This document shows positions 51,212-60,182 of a stretch of 64,000 nucleotides of DNA, in pieces. The translations under genes and the position numbers were made by a program. The notes beneath the pieces are model-generated. The model saw nothing but the letters and a program-made list of their open reading frames with translations, was not told the DNA's origin and made no database searches. Position 1 is the first letter of the stretch. Each line of letters starts with the position of its first letter. Origin of the DNA: a virus; IMG/VR virus record IMGVR_UViG_3300027861_002706, positions 53,602 through 117,601 of that record; one strand, written 5' to 3'.

Positions 51212-53250
51212 CAGATGTTACCTCGACCAAACCGGTTGCCCCTAGGAGTGTTACCGTGATATCTTGTTCTACCTTGAACTGAATCTCCTCTAGATCTATT
51301 AGTAGCCTGCCTCCTAGCGACATACACTCCTATGTCGTTTCCTCCTACTAATGTTTCTTTATCTTCATCTGTCCTTTTCTCTGGCTTTAGATCTTTTTGC
51401 ATTTTCTTACTAAATTTCTTCGCCTCTTCTAAATCTATTTGACGCTCAGTGATATTACTCAACTCAGGGAATGGTGAGTCGTTATCATGGTCACTGCCTA
51501 CACCAATAGAATAGGCAATATCCATAACGTGTTCTATCTTTTTTATATCACTAAACTCTAAAATATGACCCATAATACATAGCATCCATGCGGTAACAGT
51601 GTGCTCATAGTCTTGAGAATACGTAGGTACGCCGCTTGGACTATACTTAACTATCTTGAATGCTCTTATCTGTTGGACGATACCTATGTTGGCGAAGGGT
51701 ATCTCACTAGGTACGATCCTTGTGGTCGTATCTTCATCTACAGGCATTAATACCTGCTTCATCTCCATTGTTCGACATGACGCATCTACCATAAACTGTT
51801 TTACTGGTTTCTTGATAGGCATACCGCTGACTGGATCGGTTATCTCTATATTAGAGTTCATAGTCATGGGCTTGACACGCTCTTTATAGTTGGTGTGTTC
51901 GTTAGGATAATCCATGTCATATTTCCACATCATCTCAACTTGGACGTGTCCATAGCCAGCATCTACATAGATGTATGCAGTTTGATTACCCCATACTTTG
52001 TCAAGCTCCATTATTTTCTTAATAGCTTCTATCTGTTGAAATTCCTGAGTTCGTATTATATGTTTGTCTACTGTTTTATACATGAGTCGACCATCTACGT
52101 TCATGGCCTCAGTAACAACTATGTGCGTACCTGTAGTCTTACCCCAGTCTACTCCTATAACATACTTAGACTCTGCGTGCGGGATGCAATCTTCATAAGT
52201 GTAGTCAGCCAGGCACGCGTTAACGTCCTCGCTTCTAAACACACCCTCAGCTTCGTCACCAAACTCAGCAAGAAACTCTCGTTCGTATCCAGTCTTTGAG
52301 TAGTTCTGCTTAAACATATGATCTACTTTTGGAGTCCAACTAGGAGATTCCGCAGATATAAACCAGAACTCCTTAAAGCCTTGACTCTTGTCACAACACC
52401 AGTTATATAGTTTTTTACGTATTCCAGTAGGCGTAGATGAGACGATGAGTTCGCAAGTCGGGTGAGAAGCCATTATCGCCATGATCACTTCGATGTCGCT
52501 GTCATTGATATAATCAACTTCGTCCATGATAATAAAATCTGCGTCCTGACCACGAACCTTATCGGATTTTGCGCCCGAATGTGCACCAGAAGACCAGCCT
52601 CGAATAACTCCACCTGAGCTGAATTCAATCATTTGTGGGTTGAGGACATTCCTCTTAATCATGCCTGGCATATTTAGTGTAGAGGATCTGCCTATAAAAT
52701 CACGCATAGTATCAAATATCTTTGCAACTTGGGGCTGATATGGCGCAAGCACAAGTATTTCAAACTGCCTATCAGTAAGGCCGCCGTTAGTAAACAATTT
52801 CCAAAGAGCAAGAACACTCATCGCTTCAGTTTTGCCGACACGACGTCCTGCGCGAATGGCTTTAAACTGAGATGAACATCGCATGACCTCTTTCTGATAC
52901 CATCTAGCCTCCCAGTCAAATTCAAACTTAGCCCAAGCAACTGGATCTTGTAGCATTTTATAGTTCTCGAACTCTTCGTCAGATAAGCCTTGATTTTTCA
53001 TCTTCTTAGCTAGCTGTCGATAATCGCCGTCACAGGCAGGTATAAATGGTTCGGAAGTAAAGCCCTTGCTATGCATATCTTGATAGTAGTCTATACACTT
53101 TCTGCAGAAATGACAATCTCGACCAAGCATAGGCTTATAGTCGGATCCCTTATAGTCATCCATTGGCCTATATTTTTCACCAAAATCAATGCCTATTTTA
53201 ATGGGCTTTTCGCCCTCAATCCTAATCTCATTCTTCTTTTTATCAGGCAT
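51211..53250 (-). CDS. terL: Terminase large subunit
   Basis: Walker A (AIRAGRRVGKT), Walker B (FIIMDEVD), motif III (VSSTPTG) and RNase H nuclease start (VIGVDWGK). Confidence 0.95.
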   Translation of the reverse strand: MPDKKKNEIRIEGEKPIKIGIDFGEKYRPMDDYKGSDYKPMLGRDCHFCRKCIDYYQDMHSKGFTSEPFIPACDGDYRQLAKKMKNQGLSDEEFENYKMLQDPVAWAKFEFDWEARWYQKEVMRCSSQFKAIRAGRRVGKTEAMSVLALWKLFTNGGLTDRQFEILVLAPYQPQVAKIFDTMRDFIGRSSTLNMPGMIKRNVLNPQMIEFSSGGVIRGWSSGAHSGAKSDKVRGQDADFIIMDEVDYINDSDIEVIMAIMASHPTCELIVSSTPTGIRKKLYNWCCDKSQGFKEFWFISAESPSWTPKVDHMFKQNYSKTGYEREFLAEFGDEAEGVFRSEDVNACLADYTYEDCIPHAESKYVIGVDWGKTTGTHIVVTEAMNVDGRLMYKTVDKHIIRTQEFQQIEAIKKIMELDKVWGNQTAYIYVDAGYGHVQVEMMWKYDMDYPNEHTNYKERVKPMTMNSNIEITDPVSGMPIKKPVKQFMVDASCRTMEMKQVLMPVDEDTTTRIVPSEIPFANIGIVQQIRAFKIVKYSPSGVPTYSQDYEHTVTAWMLCIMGHILEFSDIKKIEHVMDIAYSIGVGSDHDNDSPFPELSNITERQIDLEEAKKFSKKMQKDLKPEKRTDEDKETLVGGNDIGVYVARRQATNRSRGDSVQGRTRYHGNTPRGNRFGRGNI

Positions 53251-53953
53251 GCATGAACGTCGCTTCGTTGCCCATCGCTGCTCTAGTATTCATTTGTGAG
53301 TTATGTATGGCGGCCATGGCAGTTTGCCTTTGTGTAAAACTAGCCCTAGTGTCAGCGAATCCTTCGCCAAGATCATACTCTATGCCCTCTTTGATATTGC
53401 TTCTCTCATATGAGTATGAGTGTAACCCCTGAATACCTGCACTCAACGCAGAAAAACCCATACCAAAGAGATCATTTATTAGCCATGCTGAGGATAGTAT
53501 TCTTAATCCCCCTCCAATTCCCATCCTAATCGCAGCTCCGCTTAGTTTACCCGCCTGCTCACCAGCAAATTTCCCAGCGCTCCCCTTCGTGTATTCTCTG
53601 ATGAATTGTTCTTCTGGCGCTTGATATAATCCAAAGCTCCTGAGTGAGCCCCATCTCCCCTTAGGCTTCCAGCTAGGGAGAGTGCTGGCTCTACCTCCTA
53701 GGAAACTGTCAAGAGCAGTTGTTTCAGCGCCTTGTTGGAACATGTAAGGTGTTACTCCGGGGATCATCCCCATTAGAGGTCTACCTCCTGTACCCATACC
53801 TATTCTACCCATGAGGCCTGCGCCAAGACTTTCTCCAGCAGTGGCTATGGCGACATCCGCAATCATATTGCCTATACCAAAGTTCTCATGGTCAGAGGCC
53901 GTCGATATTAGTTGAAACCCATCAGAGCTTATAGTCGGATTATATCCCTGCAT
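53243..53953 (-). CDS. Gly/Ala-rich membrane-like virion (ejection-type) protein (236 aa)
   Basis: Hydrophobic helix GIGGGLRILSSAWLINDLFGMGFSALSAG; C-terminus FTQRQTAMAAIHNSQMNTRAAMGNEATFMH. Confidence 0.5.
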   Translation of the reverse strand: MQGYNPTISSDGFQLISTASDHENFGIGNMIADVAIATAGESLGAGLMGRIGMGTGGRPLMGMIPGVTPYMFQQGAETTALDSFLGGRASTLPSWKPKGRWGSLRSFGLYQAPEEQFIREYTKGSAGKFAGEQAGKLSGAAIRMGIGGGLRILSSAWLINDLFGMGFSALSAGIQGLHSYSYERSNIKEGIEYDLGEGFADTRASFTQRQTAMAAIHNSQMNTRAAMGNEATFMHA

Positions 53954-53954
53954 A

Positions 53955-55088
53955 TTACATATTCAATCTATGCGCATGAAGCGTTGCGTTATAGTTTAAG
54001 TTGCCAAAGCTTCTCCCTCTGACCCTAGGTGCAGGAGACGATACATTTTTCAGATTTCCTCTTTTCACGGATGATATCCCTGCCGCTGCTCCGGCACCGA
54101 CTCCAGCTAGGAATCCTCCTGCCATTGATGGTCCCATAAATTTCATTAAATCGTCACCCTTGCCCCACAAAGAGCCACGCCCTATTAGCCCGCCTGCAAG
54201 CATGAATGGCAGCCCTACAACAGTGGAAGCAAGACCTCCCGCTCCCTCAGAGCCAAGCCATCCTTTTGTCCACTTAGGCATTCCGCCAAGCACACTAAAC
54301 TTCTGTGCATCTCGCATTCCATATGACTGTCTAAGCATTTTTTTGTTAGAGGTCAGTAATCTCTGCTGCTTGGCCATCTCCCTAATGCTTAGTCTATCCT
54401 TTTCTACCCCCTCTCGATATAATTGTTTCGTTCTGCGTGACATTCTGCCGGCAGGTCCCGGTAGATTTAAACCAGCATTGAATCCAGTAGGCGTTTGTGC
54501 GGTAGTGGGTGTCCTAGACCTAGCCCACGTTTTTAGTTTTGTCTTTTGTGAACCGATTCCAGTTCCGAGAGAAGCTTTTGCCTCTAGGCTCGCAACTGCC
54601 TTAGCTGCAGCAGACTTGCTACTATACTTGGCATTAGCTAAGATGCCTGCACGGCCTATAGATGTTGCCATTTTGACACCAGAGACAACACCTACACCAA
54701 CCTTAGCTGCGCTTAACGCAAAGTTCCCTAGACCAGACATCTGATGCCCAAATGTGTCCTGGAATGAACTGATTCCGGCGTTTATTGTAGCTCCAGTCAA
54801 ACCAATCCCAACAGCACCTACTAGCTGATCTGATATCGTCATACCATGGCTTAACCCAAGGTCATGACCAACTTTTAGCCCTTCCATCTCCTTCGCTAGA
54901 TTCTTTGCTACCGCATCTCTTCCATACCTTGCTGTCATCCAACTAACATCAGAGGGAGGGAGGGGTGGCCCGTGAGAAACAAGGGGGTGTGGCCCGTAAG
55001 GAACTCCAGCTCCTCCACTACCTCCAGCTCCTCTACGCCCTTTGAAGATCCTCTTAAATATATCTTTGAGTATATTGCCTCTTGCCAT
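53955..55088 (-). CDS. Basic Gly-rich membrane-like virion protein (377 aa)
   Basis: Several Gly/Ala hydrophobic segments and many Lys/Arg residues. Confidence 0.5.
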   Translation of the reverse strand: MARGNILKDIFKRIFKGRRGAGGSGGAGVPYGPHPLVSHGPPLPPSDVSWMTARYGRDAVAKNLAKEMEGLKVGHDLGLSHGMTISDQLVGAVGIGLTGATINAGISSFQDTFGHQMSGLGNFALSAAKVGVGVVSGVKMATSIGRAGILANAKYSSKSAAAKAVASLEAKASLGTGIGSQKTKLKTWARSRTPTTAQTPTGFNAGLNLPGPAGRMSRRTKQLYREGVEKDRLSIREMAKQQRLLTSNKKMLRQSYGMRDAQKFSVLGGMPKWTKGWLGSEGAGGLASTVVGLPFMLAGGLIGRGSLWGKGDDLMKFMGPSMAGGFLAGVGAGAAAGISSVKRGNLKNVSSPAPRVRGRSFGNLNYNATLHAHRLNM

Positions 55089-55102
55089 TATTAATTACCT
55101 AA

Positions 55103-55678
55103 CTAGAACGGTCCAAAATTATTGCCGGATCTGATAGCATTTACAGCTGCTAGTCCGCCATAGCCTACACCAAACATCTTCGCCGCTCCACCAGATCTGA
55201 CCGCAGCTGCCGTTATCCCAGCATGTGCTCCAAATGAAGCTCCTGCGCCTATCGCCCGGCTTACAAAATTATCTTCTCCAAGAGCCATAGGAGCTATTCC
55301 AAATGCTGCTACCGATCCAGCGGCTATTGATCTAGTCGTTGCTCTGGACCTATTTCCTCTTTCGTCGATAAAACCACCCAGGACATTAGGCTGGCCTTCT
55401 TCCCCGGGTGTTACTTTCATCTTTTTGCCCGCGAAGTACTGAGAGAGAGACATACGCTGCTCTTCCCCATAGTGCGAAGCTCCTGATCTCGTAGTCCTCG
55501 TGTCCCTCGTTACTAACTCTTTAATAGCAGATACATTACGAACAATATCGGGATCTGTTGCTCCGTTTGCCTGACCTGCATGGTGCAACTTTACTGGATT
55601 CATATCCGATATAAGATCGGTTAAAAAGTTGCCTAACTTCTTACCAACATAGTTATCTATTATTCCGGGCATACCCAT
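55103..55678 (-). CDS. Gly/Ala-rich membrane-like virion protein (about 191 aa)
   Basis: C-terminal hydrophobic Gly/Ala helices. Start set at ATG 55678 (AAGGA Shine-Dalgarno, no overlap); the ORF track uses 55741. Confidence 0.5.
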   Translation of the reverse strand: MGMPGIIDNYVGKKLGNFLTDLISDMNPVKLHHAGQANGATDPDIVRNVSAIKELVTRDTRTTRSGASHYGEEQRMSLSQYFAGKKMKVTPGEEGQPNVLGGFIDERGNRSRATTRSIAAGSVAAFGIAPMALGEDNFVSRAIGAGASFGAHAGITAAAVRSGGAAKMFGVGYGGLAAVNAIRSGNNFGPF

Positions 55679-55691
55679 AAGGCTATCCTTA

Positions 55692-58600
55692 CTACCAGTT
55701 TCCTTTTCTTCTCGATCCATTTGCGTGTGTGGTAGGTCCATTATATATCATAGACCTATTACTATGCATCGATGCATTCCTGCTTCCTTGGTCTCTTATT
55801 CCAGATCCGCTAGTATATTTCAATTGATTAGTAGAATTGACTTTTTTACCTTGCCTCCACAAGGCTTTTTTTATCAAGGTGCCATAATCTCCAAAACTCT
55901 TGATGGCGGAGTAATCTGGACCGGGCAGCATTCCCGAAGGCACTCCACTTCCTTGACCAACAGCATTTTGCATATATTTACTTTGAGTAGCTCTGCCAAT
56001 AGCATCTGACGCGGCCTGATACATGGAATAGTTTTTAATCTCATGGCCTTGTCTCCTAAGATCTTTCATCATAGCTTTTACGGCACGAGAATCTTCTACT
56101 ACCTTACTCAGATTGACATTAATCTTAAAGTATTTTACTTTAGTCGGATCATTTCTCGCGGCGTAACCAATTAAAGCATATGGCTGTTTTAATGCATATG
56201 CATAAAAGTTAGCCTGAGAAACGTGCGCCTTCTTAGGGTACTTAAGTTCTTTAAGCGCATCAAAATCTGCAACAGATTTTATTTCTAAAGGAACACCAGA
56301 TTTTAGGACTAGATCGATATGACCCATTATATCTAGTTCAGAATCATGGACGACATGCTCGCTGGCCTGAGCGATACCTCTTCTCAAGTACTCCGATTCT
56401 ATTACCTTGTGTACGAGGGTACCCTTCTCGGAGGATTTTGTGTAGTCATCAAAAGAAGATCTTCCCAAGAGTATATCTTTTAGCCTATCTCCGCGATAGC
56501 CCAGCATAGACGATCTAATCGTATTACTACCATACCCGCTACCATATTTTATCTCGGCTATAGCCTGAGAAGCAAAGTAGTCATTTCCAGAGCCAAAGGA
56601 GTGTAGAAGCGTATCTCCTGAAGGAGACATTCCCTCCAGGGTGTTATACTTGCTCCCTGGATGTTTTATATCACCATTTCTATTACCCAATAATACTAAT
56701 CCTGAAAGAGTGAATATTCCGGCAGCTAAAACACCTCCCTTTCTCTTTATGCCACCCATAGTCTCACCGAACTGACTTCTGGCGATATCTCCTATCGTCT
56801 CTCCTGTGGCTCTACTTGCCGTAGAGTGTGGTTCGGGGATATATCGTGGGAACCCGCCAGACCAGCGTTCTGTATCTCCTGCTAGAATAATCTGGTCTAA
56901 TGTATTTTCGGCGCTTCTTAGCTTGGAGTCATTTACCATATTCCTGATAAACTCATGCATCTCGGTTTGCGCACCATGCGGATTTGATAAATGTTTATTA
57001 AACATATCAAATATGTAAGACATCTGTTGGTCAATGTCGATCGAAGCGTCATGCGCTATTTGCTTTACAAACTTGTCATCTAGCGCTATCACATCTGATA
57101 TTAACCCATGTAAGCTATCTCCACCTTTATTCGTGATATACTCAGCTTTACTGATTCCAGGATGATGTGTTGTGATATACGCATCTGTTGCGAACATCAG
57201 GCTTCGGCCAATTCCGCCAGCCGCGGTTAGAGAGTTTCCGCCCTTTAGCTCAAACCCGGTAGCATAGTTCTGTAAAAATTTTAGCGTATCACGTTCCAGG
57301 CTGCCGCTCTTTGTCCATTTCAAATCACTCTCATAGGAGGGACCCATTATGCTTGATCCGCCCCCTGCTCCGAATATTCTGTCTAGCGTTTTTTCGGCAA
57401 TATCGAGATGTCTTATTCCAGCTGTACTTCTTCTTATTACATCTAAGCTTGTCTGACCAGAAGATCTGTCTAGCTCTGTAAGATCTCTAACCATAGTCGC
57501 AGCTTGCTTAACTATCTTCTCTTCATCGGTACTTGCTGTTCGTATGTTCTCCGAGGGGAAAGCCCTCTCTAAAAAATCCCCCTGGATTTTGTTAAGATCT
57601 TGACTAGTATAGTCTCTAACATTCTTAGCAAGCGAGTGTAGCCCGCCCCTATTCCCCCTGCTGCCGTGGTTTAGGTACTGAGTCGTCTCACCAGTCTCTA
57701 TACCCTGACGTATTAGACTCTTGATCTCATCTCTGTTATGCACGCCTTTTGCCAGATTCTCCCGTATCTGCTCCTGATTTAGATTACTTACATTGAAGTT
57801 CTCATCTCTAACCATCATCCAAAACTGCACATCCTTCATTTTGTCAGAAGCATCGGCTAGATGTATAACATCATTCGCCATTGTGCCTGAAGAAAAAGGA
57901 TCATGATAACCAGTACGATCAATACCAAATACAGTTTTGAATCTTATCGCGTACTCTCCGCCTTTTTGACGGATCGCCGCATCAGTATGACTTGTTAATG
58001 TATCGATATGTCTGGCGTATGCACCCATATCAAACTTCATGTTCCAAGCAACTGCAGCCTTTTTCCCTGTTCGATTGTTTAGACTCTCTGCCTCAGCTAA
58101 AAACCGGTCTATCATATCCGTGCTAGACTCTACGCTAACTTGACTTACCTTAGCTCCATGCCTTTCCATGAATAATTGTTTACCAAACCCTATATTTAAT
58201 GGTGAACCTATCTTTGCTACTGCTACTGCATAGGCGCCAGAAGGGGGATTATTCATCAGATTGGCTGTAATTTTTCTGAGTACTTCTGGATCTCTTACCT
58301 GAAATTTACCACGCTGTGCCTCTATCTCCTCCCTGACTGCCTTGGCTATATCTGATGTATCCTTAAATCCCCCCCCCTCTGCTTCCTTATAGAATTGGGC
58401 TAACTGTTCATTTCCAATTACTTTATGTGGCAGAACTTCCCCATCAGGGGCAGCAGGTCTCTCGTATTCTATTTTTATTTTAGTTGAGTCTATGCCAGTG
58501 CCAGCCAGATCTAGTTTGTCTAAGTGAATATTTGTTTTCTGATCTGTCGAGGTTCTATTACCTGCCCCATCTATGCTTATGATCTCTGATGCTGACTGTG

Positions 58601-60182
58601 TTATCTGGCCTGGGCGATTTCTCTCAGCCGGTGTATCACCCCTAGTGCTGCCGCTATCTCGAATCTCATGTATGACACCCGAACTGGTTATTGCATGAGT
58701 CTTGCTTCCTCCAGGAAGCTTCGTGGTTTCAGTGTCAAGATGCATTTCAGTACTAAATGGAGATCTAACAGTCGTACCGGGGGAATATTTAGATTCAGCA
58801 GGAAATATAGTACCAACAGGAGAGCCAGGAGTAGCGGAGGTAGGAGCAGCAGGAGTAGGAATAGCACCAGCAGCGGCGGGAGTAGGAGCAGGAGTAGGAA
58901 TAGCACCAGCGGGAGCAGCGGGAGTAGGAATAGCACCAGCAGCGGCGGGAGTAGGAGCAGGAGTAGGAATAGCACCAGCGGGAGCAGCGGGAGTGGGAAT
59001 AGCAGTAGCGGGAGCGGATGGAGGCACCCCTAAAGCAGCACTACGGTTAGCCTTAAATGCGGCATCTGCTTCTGCCCTAGTAACTTCCTCTCCTACGGGG
59101 AAGTAGAGGTCAGAGTCGGACTTTCCAGAAATGTAATCATATTTGATTCGAGAAAGCTTTGATAGCTGCTCATCTCCATACTCGGTCACCTGAATATATG
59201 AAGGCCTACTACCTTTTACTACTTGGCCTCCTTCTACTATGCGAGATCGAGGATCTCCTTTGGTCTCATTATTGAAGGGTAAATTTGCAGGCGCATCATC
59301 AATTACCATGGCTACATTTTTATGCTTACGTATCTCTTCTACTTTTCTTGAAGCCCCTTCTTCTGTTCCTCCGTATATTTTCTGAGTAAAGAGATCCTCA
59401 AGCCCATGATGCTTTAAGTTTGCCTCTGTCATCTCCTGCATGTGTGGCGAGCGACTAGTATATAAATTTACCTCGAATCCCTTACTCTTCCAGAATTCTA
59501 GATTATGAACAAGACCTTTATCTACGGGAATCTCACTAAGCCCAGGAGTCCCCTTCATCTCACGAGTATAGTCTGCAAGAGCATCTACAATATTGCCGGG
59601 GTGTCTCTTCTGAGCCGCTTCGAATACTTCGTCACCTGCAGAAGAGAATAATGTGCTATCTAGATCTACGAATATTTTGGGCTTATTCCTACTTTTCCAT
59701 CTTTGAAAACCTTGTTTTATCTGAGGAAAATTTTCATTAATAATTGCGGCCCCTACCGGGAGGCTACCCCCGGGTATTACCGCAGCAGCTGCCACATATG
59801 CTGCGGCCTTTTTCCAGCCCTTCAGTTTTTTCATCTTTCTAATCGCGGCTTGGACAGCACTCTCCGGCCTCTGAGGGGAAGCAGCGGGAGTAGGAATAGC
59901 ACCAGCAGTAGCAGTAGTAGTAGGAGTACGAGCAGGAGCGGGAGTGTGAATAGCAGGAGCACGAGCAGGAGAGGGAGTGTGAATAGCAGGAGCACGAGCA
60001 GGAGAGGGAGTGTGAGGTATGGGCCGTTTCGTAGAGGAGGGATTTGAGCCCGAGAGGATTGGCTTCCTTGCTGCCGTTGCCTCTGCCGCTGCCTTTTCCG
60101 CTGCTCTCTTTTCTGCTGCTAGCTTTGCTGCTGCCTTTGCTGCTGGAGTATTACGGTTTCCTCTGGGATTTATCTTTGCCAT
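55692..60182 (-). CDS. Multidomain protein: HAD phosphatase + DEDDh 3'-5' exonuclease-like + PD-(D/E)XK (RecB/Cas4-like) nuclease (1496 aa)
   Basis: HAD motifs IFVDLDSTL / LYTSR / VIDDAP; DnaQ-like motifs HLDTETT / VAWNMKFD / AHDASID; PD-(D/E)XK motifs KGTLVHKVIE / GHIDLVLKSGVPLEIKS / HVSQANFY. Confidence 0.75.
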   Translation of the reverse strand: MAKINPRGNRNTPAAKAAAKLAAEKRAAEKAAAEATAARKPILSGSNPSSTKRPIPHTPSPARAPAIHTPSPARAPAIHTPAPARTPTTTATAGAIPTPAASPQRPESAVQAAIRKMKKLKGWKKAAAYVAAAAVIPGGSLPVGAAIINENFPQIKQGFQRWKSRNKPKIFVDLDSTLFSSAGDEVFEAAQKRHPGNIVDALADYTREMKGTPGLSEIPVDKGLVHNLEFWKSKGFEVNLYTSRSPHMQEMTEANLKHHGLEDLFTQKIYGGTEEGASRKVEEIRKHKNVAMVIDDAPANLPFNNETKGDPRSRIVEGGQVVKGSRPSYIQVTEYGDEQLSKLSRIKYDYISGKSDSDLYFPVGEEVTRAEADAAFKANRSAALGVPPSAPATAIPTPAAPAGAIPTPAPTPAAAGAIPTPAAPAGAIPTPAPTPAAAGAIPTPAAPTSATPGSPVGTIFPAESKYSPGTTVRSPFSTEMHLDTETTKLPGGSKTHAITSSGVIHEIRDSGSTRGDTPAERNRPGQITQSASEIISIDGAGNRTSTDQKTNIHLDKLDLAGTGIDSTKIKIEYERPAAPDGEVLPHKVIGNEQLAQFYKEAEGGGFKDTSDIAKAVREEIEAQRGKFQVRDPEVLRKITANLMNNPPSGAYAVAVAKIGSPLNIGFGKQLFMERHGAKVSQVSVESSTDMIDRFLAEAESLNNRTGKKAAVAWNMKFDMGAYARHIDTLTSHTDAAIRQKGGEYAIRFKTVFGIDRTGYHDPFSSGTMANDVIHLADASDKMKDVQFWMMVRDENFNVSNLNQEQIRENLAKGVHNRDEIKSLIRQGIETGETTQYLNHGSRGNRGGLHSLAKNVRDYTSQDLNKIQGDFLERAFPSENIRTASTDEEKIVKQAATMVRDLTELDRSSGQTSLDVIRRSTAGIRHLDIAEKTLDRIFGAGGGSSIMGPSYESDLKWTKSGSLERDTLKFLQNYATGFELKGGNSLTAAGGIGRSLMFATDAYITTHHPGISKAEYITNKGGDSLHGLISDVIALDDKFVKQIAHDASIDIDQQMSYIFDMFNKHLSNPHGAQTEMHEFIRNMVNDSKLRSAENTLDQIILAGDTERWSGGFPRYIPEPHSTASRATGETIGDIARSQFGETMGGIKRKGGVLAAGIFTLSGLVLLGNRNGDIKHPGSKYNTLEGMSPSGDTLLHSFGSGNDYFASQAIAEIKYGSGYGSNTIRSSMLGYRGDRLKDILLGRSSFDDYTKSSEKGTLVHKVIESEYLRRGIAQASEHVVHDSELDIMGHIDLVLKSGVPLEIKSVADFDALKELKYPKKAHVSQANFYAYALKQPYALIGYAARNDPTKVKYFKINVNLSKVVEDSRAVKAMMKDLRRQGHEIKNYSMYQAASDAIGRATQSKYMQNAVGQGSGVPSGMLPGPDYSAIKSFGDYGTLIKKALWRQGKKVNSTNQLKYTSGSGIRDQGSRNASMHSNRSMIYNGPTTHANGSRRKGNW
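58845..59010. repeat. Pro/Ala/Thr tandem repeat (69-nt unit, AIPTPAAPAGAIPTPAPTPAAAG, about 2.3 copies)
   Basis: Repeated ggagtaggaatagcaccagc blocks between the HAD and DEDDh domains. Confidence 0.9.
59920..60020. repeat. 33-nt tandem repeat (HTPSPARAPAI, about 3 copies)
   Basis: gggagtgtgaatagcaggagcacgagcaggaga repeated in the N-terminal low-complexity region. Confidence 0.85.

Noticed and set aside
51211-53250. Intein or intron in terL (also checked nrdJ)
   Set aside because: Motif spacing and lengths are ordinary; no C/S...HN splice junctions or LAGLIDADG motifs seen.
54001-54744. Plus-strand 247-aa ORF and other plus-strand ORFs across 741-63237
   Set aside because: All lie antisense to well-supported, tightly coupled minus-strand genes and show no recognisable motifs.
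55900-56450. Calling the C-terminal nuclease a true cas4
   Set aside because: It lacks the four Fe-S cysteines and there are no cas1/cas2 genes or array, so it is kept as RecB/Cas4-like PD-(D/E)XK.
58845-60020. Short repeats as a possible CRISPR array
   Set aside because: They are in-frame Pro/Ala coding repeats without unique spacers.
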